Assembly: GCA_015486235.1 (NCBI GenBank) | Contig: WFSD01000025.1 | Span: 1 to 44,404 of the forward strand | From: Anaerolineae bacterium | GTDB taxonomy: Bacteria > Chloroflexota > Anaerolineae > S016-19 | Length of the DNA: 44,404 nucleotides | Reading direction: 5' to 3' | Part shown: positions 34,770 to 42,921 of the stretch, piece after piece | How positions within the stretch are numbered: the stretch's first letter is position 1 | Layout of the letters: every line of letters begins with the position of its first letter | Program-made: the position numbers and the translations under genes | Notes under the pieces: generated by a model | The model's database searches: none | The model's input: the letters and a program-made list of their open reading frames with translations, nothing else | Told to the model about the DNA's origin: nothing

Positions 34770-35540
34770 ATGAACTTGGAAGGCAAGGTCTCTCTTGTTA
34801 CAGGTGGGGCAGGTGGAATTGGGGCAAGCATTTGCGAGAAGCTTGCAGCGTTGGGATCGTTCGTCTATGTTTGTGACATCAAGGGAGCGACGCAAGTCGC
34901 GGATCGCATAAACGCAGGGTACCAGATGCCAAGAGCTGCACCTGCAGAGTGTGATATATCAGACAAGAGAGAAGTCAAGGCCACGTATGATCGCATCTCG
35001 GAACAAAAGGGCGGGGTAGACATACTCATTAACAATGCGGCGGTGTATGGCCCCTTGAAGTCTCATCACTTTCCTGACATCTCGTATGAGGATTTCGTAA
35101 AAACAATTCAAGTGGACCTTTCCGGTGCTATGTATTGCACGCTTTTAGCACTTCCTTACATGAAACGGAAAGGGTGGGGTAGGATTATTTTCACTGCAGC
35201 TCCGATGTCTTCCTCAGGGATTCCATCGCCGTATCTTGCAGGGAAGGCTGGTTTTATTGGCCTTACGAAGTATCTCTCAATGAAATACAGTCAAGGCGGT
35301 ATATTGACATTTGCCCTGGCGCTGAGACACGTGGATACCCCAATGATAAGAAGGGTTATAGAAAGCAGGGGGGGAGATGTCAAGGAGGGCATCAAGGCGA
35401 TGCACAAAAAATCTCTGACTGGTAGGATGATCACTCCGGAAGAGGTAGCTGACATATATGCGTACTTCGTCTCGACCGCTCCTTCTGGTGTTAGCGGGGC
35501 AGTCATCCTTGCAGACGGTGGAATCACGTACCTGCGATGA
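34770..35540 (+). CDS. Short-chain dehydrogenase/reductase (classical SDR)
   Basis: TGGAGGIG cofactor motif, NNAA, catalytic YLAGK. An alternative TTG start at 34758 lies 9 nt after AAGGAG. Confidence 0.85.
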   Translation: MNLEGKVSLVTGGAGGIGASICEKLAALGSFVYVCDIKGATQVADRINAGYQMPRAAPAECDISDKREVKATYDRISEQKGGVDILINNAAVYGPLKSHHFPDISYEDFVKTIQVDLSGAMYCTLLALPYMKRKGWGRIIFTAAPMSSSGIPSPYLAGKAGFIGLTKYLSMKYSQGGILTFALALRHVDTPMIRRVIESRGGDVKEGIKAMHKKSLTGRMITPEEVADIYAYFVSTAPSGVSGAVILADGGITYLR

Positions 35541-35556
35541 GAGGAGGAAAGACACG

Positions 35557-36264
35557 GTGAAAGAATCAACGGAAGAGTATGAAGGTAAGAATTGTGTAAT
35601 ATTTGGGGCGAATAGCATTGTTGGCGTAGGGATAGGCAAATTCCTTGCCAGGAGTGGTATCAATCTTGGTCTGGTAGATATTGATTCTTATAAGGAGGAT
35701 ACTCTTGTAGAGAAGGTAATGGGCTCTAGGGCCAAGGTCGTCTACAGGACAGTCTCATCCTCCAGCGAGGAGAGCTTTGAGAAAGCCGCGGCTGAGATCA
35801 ATAATAGCTTGGGTGGTATAGACTGTCTGATCTGTACATATTATTTTGAAGAAGAGAGGAAAAGGATAGACGAGAACGATATGTGTGTGGACGCTTGGGA
35901 TAGATGGCTTAATCACTGGGTGCTGAGTTACTTCCTTGCTATGAAGGCAATTGTCCCATATATGATGCAGAGGAAGGCGGGAAAGGTGATCTTTGTGAAT
36001 ACTACTACAGGGTATACCGGGGAGGGCGAAGGAGAGGGGGGACTTACCGGGAATGGATCTATCTATGAGTGTGCTTCCTCGAGTGCTATCACGGGGATGA
36101 TGACGTCGATAGCGAGGGATGTTATTCCGAGGGGGATCTCGGTGAATGGGATATCTCTTGGTCCTGGTTATAGGGATGATATGGAAAGCATAACTTGGAC
36201 AGTCAGGCTGTGGCTTTCGGGAATGTGCGAATATGCTTGCGCACAAATTCTTAGATTATATTAG
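35557..36264 (+). CDS. Divergent SDR-like Rossmann protein lacking the canonical YxxxK lysine
   Basis: GTG start behind GAGGAGGA. GANSIVGVGIG glycine-rich loop. YECAS stands where YxxxK is expected. There is an unusual GEGEGEGG insertion. Confidence 0.65.
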   Translation: MKESTEEYEGKNCVIFGANSIVGVGIGKFLARSGINLGLVDIDSYKEDTLVEKVMGSRAKVVYRTVSSSSEESFEKAAAEINNSLGGIDCLICTYYFEEERKRIDENDMCVDAWDRWLNHWVLSYFLAMKAIVPYMMQRKAGKVIFVNTTTGYTGEGEGEGGLTGNGSIYECASSSAITGMMTSIARDVIPRGISVNGISLGPGYRDDMESITWTVRLWLSGMCEYACAQILRLY

Positions 36265-36275
36265 GAGGCATTACA

Positions 36276-36908
36276 GTGGATGACGGTTTGAGGAGCAAGA
36301 TTCTGGCAGAATGGGGGATTGGTAGCCTAAGCTTCGATCAGAAAGTGATCAGAATTTTCGAGAAGGTGAGGGACATACCATTCGGGCAGATTGGTTCCAG
36401 GGATCCAAAGGACGTTTATGAGCAGAACAAAGGGACATGCTCAGGGAAGAACTTCCTGCTAAGAGAGCTATACAAAGGGATTGGGGTGCAGACGAAGGAC
36501 ATGATATGTTTGCAGCGCTGGAAGGACCTAACGTGGTTCCCGGACGACACCTACGGGATTGTCAACTTCCCTGATGAACTGGTGCACATGTTGGAGACAA
36601 CCGATGTCGTGGATTTCCACAATTACATAAAAATACTGGTAGGTGGTAGATGGATTACACTTGATGCTACGATTGATCCCCCTCTTAGAGACCTGGGATT
36701 CTATACCACAGAACATTGGGATGGCGTATCCGATATGCCGCTGTGTTTTGTTGGTACGCATAAGGTGTGGGATTGTGGTGATAACGGTTCGGAAATAAAA
36801 GCACAGCTGATCGCGATGCTTCCGGAAGAGATCCGGGAAGCAAGGCACCTGTTCCTTGTGAAACTAACAAAGTGGGTTAATGATTTCAGGGAGGAAAGGA
36901 TGAGGTAA
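36276..36908 (+). CDS. Transglutaminase-like (papain-fold) domain protein
   Basis: Candidate Cys-His-Asp triad: GTCSGKNF, DFHNYIKI, ITLDAT. No signal peptide. Confidence 0.55.
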   Translation: MDDGLRSKILAEWGIGSLSFDQKVIRIFEKVRDIPFGQIGSRDPKDVYEQNKGTCSGKNFLLRELYKGIGVQTKDMICLQRWKDLTWFPDDTYGIVNFPDELVHMLETTDVVDFHNYIKILVGGRWITLDATIDPPLRDLGFYTTEHWDGVSDMPLCFVGTHKVWDCGDNGSEIKAQLIAMLPEEIREARHLFLVKLTKWVNDFREERMR

Positions 36909-37044
36909 CCTGTGTTTCTTCCCTTGGGGAAGCTGGAAGGAGGTGAATGCAAACATGACATGAGTTGATTGTCCGGTAGTGATGCGTCGGTTTTGCACAG
37001 AGTTGGCAATTGGCGGAGGTCAACAACATTTAAGGAGGTCAAAA

Positions 37045-38286
37045 ATGGAAGAGCGGAGTTCGTCCGGATACGCGTGGTGGGTAGCGATTATCAGCACGAT
37101 TGGGTCGCTTACCGTTTTCTCTACCATGACTTCGTATTCGATGACATCGCCCCAGCTTGCTAAAGCACTAAGTTCTACCCAGAGTGCAGTTATGTTCGGG
37201 GAGACGGTTCGAATGATCTTTTGGGTAGTGGGGCTTATCGTGGGCGGGGCAGTTATTGGTAAAATAGGTGTTAAGAAAACTGTTGTTCTGGCGATGGCTT
37301 GTCTGCTTGTCCCTCAGTTCCTGTTTCCATACATCGGCGATTATACATTGTTGTTAGTGCTCAAGGCCATCCAGGGTTTTGCCTCTATGTCTTGGCCTGC
37401 ATTCGTCGTAGCGACTATGGGGTGGGTGCGAGGAAAGCAGATAGGGCTCGCCTCCGGGATATTCCTCGGAGGTAGCCTGGCTGGCGGTGGAATCGGTGGC
37501 GTTATTGTTGGCCATGTCATACCTTCAATGGGGTGGCGGGCATCTTTCTGGGTGCTTGGGCTGATCTCGCTTGTAGTAACTGCCATTTGGTATGTAACTG
37601 TAAAAACTGCTCCTGCACAAGCTCCGGAGACATCAGCTGTTACTAAGGAAGAGTCCACAACAGGCCCTTCGCCATTCTCTAAGATGCTGCGAATGCCCGA
37701 AACATGGCTGCTTTCCCTGATTATGCTAGGAAGCACTTGGATGCTGTTTGGCTTATTATCAACTCTCCCGATCTATGGGGCTAGCATGGGGTATAATGTA
37801 ACAAAAGTCGGCAACTTGATGACTGCAGTATCCATTGGGTACATTATTGCAGCCTTGATTGGGGGCTCCATATCGGATGTGTTTGCTACGAAAATGAAAA
37901 ATCAGCTGAAAGGGAGATCTATGACGATGGCTGTCGGGTTCATAATTGCCGTTGTCGGAGCAGCCCTTCTGCCGTTGCTCGCTCCAGTGAGCTTCGGCGC
38001 ATTTTATTTCGTAGCCCTTCTCTCTGCATTTGGTAACTCCTGGCCGCAAGCAGCTTTTTGGGCTGTACCTTCAGTAGCATATACACCTGACGTGGAAGCT
38101 GCAGGGACCGGGTTTGTTGGAGGTATCGGGAACATATCTGACCCAATTTCTCCATTAGTTATTGGGACTATCTTGGGTGGAGCAGGTTTGTGGAATGTGG
38201 GCTGGTGGACATGCGCGATTGCGAGCGCTGTTGCATTGCTTGCGTCGCTAGCTCTTGCCGCTCGAGGCAAGCCAGATGCGTCTTGA
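37045..38286 (+). CDS. MFS-type transporter
   Basis: The start is at MEERSSS behind AAGGAGG. About 12 hydrophobic segments with a central hydrophilic loop. Confidence 0.7.
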   Translation: MEERSSSGYAWWVAIISTIGSLTVFSTMTSYSMTSPQLAKALSSTQSAVMFGETVRMIFWVVGLIVGGAVIGKIGVKKTVVLAMACLLVPQFLFPYIGDYTLLLVLKAIQGFASMSWPAFVVATMGWVRGKQIGLASGIFLGGSLAGGGIGGVIVGHVIPSMGWRASFWVLGLISLVVTAIWYVTVKTAPAQAPETSAVTKEESTTGPSPFSKMLRMPETWLLSLIMLGSTWMLFGLLSTLPIYGASMGYNVTKVGNLMTAVSIGYIIAALIGGSISDVFATKMKNQLKGRSMTMAVGFIIAVVGAALLPLLAPVSFGAFYFVALLSAFGNSWPQAAFWAVPSVAYTPDVEAAGTGFVGGIGNISDPISPLVIGTILGGAGLWNVGWWTCAIASAVALLASLALAARGKPDAS

Positions 38287-38602
38287 CCCCAGATAGTCAC
38301 AATAGGATGTAGGTCATGAGTTATGTTCACGCTAGCAGTATAGCAAACGGAGATGGCGGGCGATTCGATCTCAGTTTGCTTGTGTGATGGAGTTTGCCGT
38401 CTGGGCGGGCCTACGCGGCCGCCCAGACGGCACCCTGGACGTGCCTGCGTCACAGCCCCGCCGAGCTCGAAGACGTATTCGCATTACTGTGGAAAATTAC
38501 ATATCCTCGCAGGCACTGCACAGGCCGAAGGGACCGAAATGTAACATGGTAAAGAGCGATAGAGAAAGTTCACGAAGAGAGATAAAGGAGGGTAAGTCCA
38601 AA

Positions 38603-40177
38603 ATGGCCGGTAAGTACATACTTGTCCACGATCTAGGTACCACTGGCAATAAGGCGGTTATCGTCAACGAGAATCTTGAGCTCCTAGCCAGCGGGTATAC
38701 CCCGTTCAAGCAGTATTATCCACGTGCGAACTGGGTCGAGCAGCGTCCGGAAGAATGGTGGACGGCAGTTGTTGAGAGTACCAAGGAAGCACTTGAGACC
38801 AGTGGAATCGACCCTGCGGATATAGCAGTGGTCAGTTTCAGTGCCCAGATGATGAGCCAAACTCCGGTGAGTAAGGAGGGCGAGTTACTTGTAGATCGCA
38901 CTGCCATATGGGCAGATTGCCGGAGCAGTGAACAGGCAAATCGAATTCACGAGTACTTTGGGGGTCGGGATAATTATTACAAGATCCATGGAGTGGGATG
39001 GCAGTCTGAGCTCCATGTGATCAACAAATTGCGCTGGATAAAGGATAACATGCCGGAAGTCTACAAAAAGACCTATAAATTCCTGCAAGCAAAGGAATTC
39101 ATCGCTCAACGGCTAACCGGCAACTTTGCGACAGAGTGGGGCGATGCCTCGATGTGTGCGTATATGGACATCAAGAAACGCAAGCTTTCGGAGGAAATTT
39201 TCAAGGCGGCCGGAATTGACATGGATAAGATCCCCGATGTCCTTGAATCGCACGACATTATGGGCTATATCACGCCCGAAGCAGCTGAGGTCACAGGGCT
39301 GAAGGCTGGGACGCCAGTCTGCTTGGGTTCTGGGGACGTAATTTGCTCGGATATTGGAGCAGGCGTCGTCAAACCTGGCATGGCCTACACGTACATCGGC
39401 TCCGCTAACTGGACTGGCGTGTTCCGGGAGTCACCCAGTACAGATCCGAAGGTGAAAATGAATTGTAGTACCTGCCTTCCGTGGCCCAATGCATATCATT
39501 TGGTACTGATCACAGCGGCTGGCGGCATCGCCCAACAATGGGCCAAAGATAATTTTTACAGCCTTGAGGACTATGTGGCCGAGAAACTTGGCGCCAAGAT
39601 ATACGACGTAATGACCAATGAAGCGGCTAAGATTCCCCCGGGATCGGACGGCATGATTTTCCTACCTTATTTGCGCGGCGGTGGCGCTCCACACTTTGAT
39701 ATCAATGCCCGCGGCGCTTACCTGGGTGGGGTCTTGCCGCACAAACGGGGGCACTTCCTGCGAGCGCTTTACGAAGGTATCTGCTTCAATATTCGGTGGC
39801 TGTATGAGTTGTTCGAGTCAGTCAATGTCCCAATTTTCAGCCTGGACGAGATACGTGCCATCGGCGGCGGCGTGCTAAATGATCTGTGGATGCAGATCTA
39901 TGCGGATGTGAATAACTTACCTTTCGCACGCGTTTCAAACCCGCAGCAGGCAACGGCGGTCGGCGCGGCTATCATAGGAGGCGTTGGTGTGGGTATTTGG
40001 AATAGTTACGAGGAGGCGGCCGAACTGGTAAAGATATCCAAACGATTCACACCGAATCCTGAGGCTACGGAAATGTACAATCAGCTCTATCCAGTTTACA
40101 AGGGCGCGTACCCGGCTCTTAAAGAGACTTTCGACAAGATTTCTGAGTTCCAAGTCAAGTACATGCATGAAGAGTAG
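38603..40177 (+). CDS. FGGY-family carbohydrate kinase (xylulokinase/glycerol-kinase-like)
   Basis: The start is at MAGKYILVHDLGTTGNK behind AAGGAGGG. C-terminal IGGGVLNDLWMQIYADV motif. Confidence 0.8.
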   Translation: MAGKYILVHDLGTTGNKAVIVNENLELLASGYTPFKQYYPRANWVEQRPEEWWTAVVESTKEALETSGIDPADIAVVSFSAQMMSQTPVSKEGELLVDRTAIWADCRSSEQANRIHEYFGGRDNYYKIHGVGWQSELHVINKLRWIKDNMPEVYKKTYKFLQAKEFIAQRLTGNFATEWGDASMCAYMDIKKRKLSEEIFKAAGIDMDKIPDVLESHDIMGYITPEAAEVTGLKAGTPVCLGSGDVICSDIGAGVVKPGMAYTYIGSANWTGVFRESPSTDPKVKMNCSTCLPWPNAYHLVLITAAGGIAQQWAKDNFYSLEDYVAEKLGAKIYDVMTNEAAKIPPGSDGMIFLPYLRGGGAPHFDINARGAYLGGVLPHKRGHFLRALYEGICFNIRWLYELFESVNVPIFSLDEIRAIGGGVLNDLWMQIYADVNNLPFARVSNPQQATAVGAAIIGGVGVGIWNSYEEAAELVKISKRFTPNPEATEMYNQLYPVYKGAYPALKETFDKISEFQVKYMHEE

Positions 40178-40226
40178 AGACAAGGAGGCGAACCGGTTAA
40201 GATCAAGCTATTTCGACGAGCTGACA

Positions 40227-40271
40227 CCACCACTGGTCTGCTGAAACCCTGTTTTCGGCTGCCAGTGGTGG
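40227..40271. terminator. 10-bp stem with a large loop between convergent genes (kinase and FadR-type regulator)
   Basis: CCACCACTGG-(25 nt)-CCAGTGGTGG read directly. Confidence 0.4.
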
Positions 40272-40305
40272 CGGGTCCTTATGGAAAAACAAGGAGGAAC
40301 CACGA

Positions 40306-41025
40306 TTATTTCGCTTTGACATGATCGAATAATCCTTCTCGTTTCAGGTCTTCCAAAGCATTCTTGAGGTGTTGCTCCATGGCTTGCCTGGCGGCCTCAG
40401 GATTTTTTTCTTCAATGGCTTGCAATATTTTCCTGTGCTCTGGAATAGACTTCTGAGCTCTATCGGGGATCCTGAGAGTAGCTTTCCATCCCTCCTTGAG
40501 ATATTTCACAAAGGTATCCATGAGATACATTAGCGTGCGGTTACGGGTAGCCTTGGCGATTCTGTGATGAAAACTGCTATCTGCCAGAATTACCCCGGCA
40601 AGGTCTCCTTTGTCTATTTTTTCTTTCATCTCTTCCAAGGTCTTACGCATAGCCTGGATGTCTTCTTTTGTGGCTCTCTGAGCGGCTAGATAGGCAGCGC
40701 CGGGTTCGATCACCTGTCTTACCTCAAAGTGCTCCAGTAAATCTTCTCTATGTAATAAAAGCCAGGAACCAAGAGGAGTGTCCGTGATGTCTTCGGTTCT
40801 CTCCCTCACAAACGTACCGTGCCCTGGTCTCACTTCCACAATGCCTAACGCTTCCAAAACCCTTATTGCTTCCCTGACAGTGCTGCGTCCAACTCCCAGT
40901 TCTTGAGTGAGCTGGCGCTCCGCTGGGAGCTGAGAACCAGGTTTCAATTCCCCTTCGGCGATGAGCTCTTTGATCCTCTCTACGACGAGGTTGGGAAGAT
41001 TGACTTTCCTCACAGGTTGAAGCAT
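40306..41025 (-). CDS. GntR-family regulator, FadR subfamily (FCD ligand-binding domain)
   Basis: wHTH QLPAERQLTQELGVGRSTVREAIRVLEALGIV plus an all-helical C-terminal domain. Confidence 0.85.
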   Translation of the reverse strand: MLQPVRKVNLPNLVVERIKELIAEGELKPGSQLPAERQLTQELGVGRSTVREAIRVLEALGIVEVRPGHGTFVRERTEDITDTPLGSWLLLHREDLLEHFEVRQVIEPGAAYLAAQRATKEDIQAMRKTLEEMKEKIDKGDLAGVILADSSFHHRIAKATRNRTLMYLMDTFVKYLKEGWKATLRIPDRAQKSIPEHRKILQAIEEKNPEAARQAMEQHLKNALEDLKREGLFDHVKAK

Positions 41026-41057
41026 TTTCTCTCGTTCCTCCTAAACTGTAAACTACA

Positions 41058-41067
41058 ATACTAGTAT
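41058..41067. promoter_or_regulatory. Perfect 10-bp palindrome ATACTAGTAT in the FadR-type regulator promoter region
   Basis: Read directly. It overlaps a minus-strand -10 candidate TATACT about 30 nt upstream of the ATG, with TTGCGG 18 nt further upstream. Confidence 0.35.
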
Positions 41068-41221
41068 ACCATGACGCAGCCTCCGGCCGCAACCAAATGC
41101 CTGGAGTTCAGACGGCAGTTCGGACACGGCAGGTAGCGGTGCATCGTTAGCAAGGCATAACTGTTCAGCCTTGAACAAGTCGAACGCAGGTACCGTAGGT
41201 AAAGCAAATGAACAAGAAAAG

Positions 41222-41248
41222 ATCAGCGAGAATCAGCGCCTATCAGCG
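41222..41248 (+). repeat. Three ATCAGCG direct repeats with exact 10-bp phasing
   Basis: gATCAGCGagaATCAGCGcctATCAGCG read directly. Confidence 0.6.
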
Positions 41249-41294
41249 TTCTACTGCTGGGGAAGCTGAGTAGTAACAGCAAGGCAACATTCGG

Positions 41295-41328
41295 TCGGTA
41301 CGGGTGCAGCATGCTGCACCCGTACCGA
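41295..41328. other. 34-nt perfect palindrome
   Basis: TCGGTACGGGTGCAGCATGCTGCACCCGTACCGA read directly. It lies in the intergenic region between divergent genes. Confidence 0.7.
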
Positions 41329-41375
41329 TTCACTCCGGCTAAGAGACGATGTCCGAACTCATGTCGAAAGGCCAG

Positions 41376-41538
41376 GGACTTCGAAGCAAATCGAGGCCGG
41401 GGAACGCCCTTGGGAGCCCTCGCCCTCACAGTCGATACAGGGCTTGTGCTGTGGCTTGCCAGGGGTTGACGAGAACCTCTCCGAAAGGCAGGTTAATTCC
41501 TGGGGACCCTACGGGTCCCCAGGAATTGCTTCGTTTTC
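41376..41538 (+). repeat. Structured MITE-like repeat, copy D
   Basis: Hairpin AATTCCTGGGGACCC-TAC-GGGTCCCCAGGAATT at 41495-41527. Flanked by GGCCAG at 41370-41375 and 41539-41544. Confidence 0.85.
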
Positions 41539-41552
41539 GGCCAGTTCACCTC

Positions 41553-41581
41553 TTGACAAAGCACCCCCTTCATGCTACAAT
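41553..41581 (+). promoter_or_regulatory. Near-consensus sigma70-like promoter following repeat copy D
   Basis: TTGACA-17 nt-TACAAT read directly. Confidence 0.6.
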
Positions 41582-41589
41582 ATTGTTAG

Positions 41590-41601
41590 TTAAACGTTTA
41601 A
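41590..41601. promoter_or_regulatory. LacI-type operator candidate O1 (TTAAACGTTTAA)
   Basis: Perfect 12-bp palindrome with a central CG, starting 9 nt after the -10 box. Confidence 0.55.
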
Positions 41602-41824
41602 GTCAGATGCTGGGGGAACAATGGCCATTCGGCCAAAGCTTTGCGCGAAGTCGCATGGTGGAAAGCCAGTTGGTCTCGCCGTGGCGCTTTTTTGACGGGG
41701 ATCAGCCCCAAGTAGGGGGCTCACCACCAGCACACCAGCCGGACGGCGCTTGTTGGAAAGGATGACTGGGGCTAAACTTGCCTCCTTCGCAAGACCTTGA
41801 AGGCTTTTATTTTTGACAAAGGAG

Positions 41825-41836
41825 TTAAACGTTTAA
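41825..41836. promoter_or_regulatory. LacI-type operator candidate O2 (TTAAACGTTTAA)
   Basis: Identical 12-bp palindrome (14 nt shared, AGTTAAACGTTTAA) between the AAGGAG RBS and the ATG of the LacI-family gene. Confidence 0.55.
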
Positions 41837-41837
41837 A

Positions 41838-42869
41838 ATGTCTAATGTGACTATCCGTGATGTCGCCAGAGAAGCTGGCGTCTCCATTGCGACAGTCTCT
41901 TACGTACAGAATAACTCCCGTCCTGTGAGTGAAGAGACCCGTCAGCGCGTGCTCCAGGCAGCCAAACGTTTGGGCTATCGCGCGAACATCACGGCGCGCA
42001 ACCTGCAGGCCAGCGAAACCAGGCTATTTGGCTATTCCTGGCGTCCCAGCCCGCCTGATTACTCCAATCCCATCCTGGACCGTTTTTTGCAGGCCATGGC
42101 CGAAGCGGCGGCGGTTCATGGCTATCACGTGCTAACGTTCCCATTCCCGACCGTCGAGGACGAAGTGGCCGCCTACGCAGAGATGATACTGACCGGGCAG
42201 GTGGATGGTTTTGTGCTCTCCAACACCAATTTGAACGACCAACGCGTACGTAGTCTATTGGACAGCGGATTCCCGTTTGTGGCCTTTGGCCGTTCTAACC
42301 CAGACTGGGATTTCCCCTGGGTGGACGTGGACGGGAAAACCGGTGTGCGCATGGCCACACAGCATCTGATTGCACAGGGGCACCAACGTATTGCCTGTCT
42401 GGCCTGGCCCGAAACATCGCTAAGCGGCCAGTACCGCTTGAGCGGCTACATGGAAGCTATGGAGGCAGCCAATTTGCCGGTGGATCCTGCCTGGATCGAG
42501 CGGGTCAAGAATTCCCATAACGACGCTTACGCTGCTTCATGGCGGCTGCTGAATCAACCGGCGGATCGCCGGCCCAGCGCGATTGTCGCTTTCACCGATC
42601 TCATGGCACTGGGCGTGATCAATGCCGCTTGGGACGCGGGGCTGAAGCCCGGCCGCAACCTGGCTGTGACCGGGTTCGATGACGCTCCGATAGCCCGCTT
42701 CCTCCGTCCACCGCTAACCAGCTTGCGCCAGCCTATCGCTGAAGTGGGGGAGCGTTTGATAACCATGTTGGTGGATATCGTGCAGGGGAGGCCTCTCGCC
42801 GAGCCCCATGTCTTGTTGCAACCTGAATTGGTCGTGCGTGCCTCCAGCGTCGTGTTGTATGAGGAGTGA
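41838..42869 (+). CDS. LacI-family transcriptional regulator
   Basis: N-terminal HTH VTIRDVAREAGVSIATVSYVQN plus a periplasmic-binding-fold sugar-sensor domain. Confidence 0.9.
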   Translation: MSNVTIRDVAREAGVSIATVSYVQNNSRPVSEETRQRVLQAAKRLGYRANITARNLQASETRLFGYSWRPSPPDYSNPILDRFLQAMAEAAAVHGYHVLTFPFPTVEDEVAAYAEMILTGQVDGFVLSNTNLNDQRVRSLLDSGFPFVAFGRSNPDWDFPWVDVDGKTGVRMATQHLIAQGHQRIACLAWPETSLSGQYRLSGYMEAMEAANLPVDPAWIERVKNSHNDAYAASWRLLNQPADRRPSAIVAFTDLMALGVINAAWDAGLKPGRNLAVTGFDDAPIARFLRPPLTSLRQPIAEVGERLITMLVDIVQGRPLAEPHVLLQPELVVRASSVVLYEE

Positions 42870-42921
42870 GGCCAGTGATGACGATACCGCGGAACATCTA
42901 TTGCCGGAAAGCGAGTAATCT

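Noticed and set aside
4114-41538. Whether the four repeats could be a CRISPR array or CRISPR remnants
   Set aside because: The copies are 6-31 kb apart and about 160 bp long. They are individually flanked by genes and have diverged internally. This is not an array of short regularly spaced repeats, and no cas genes are present.
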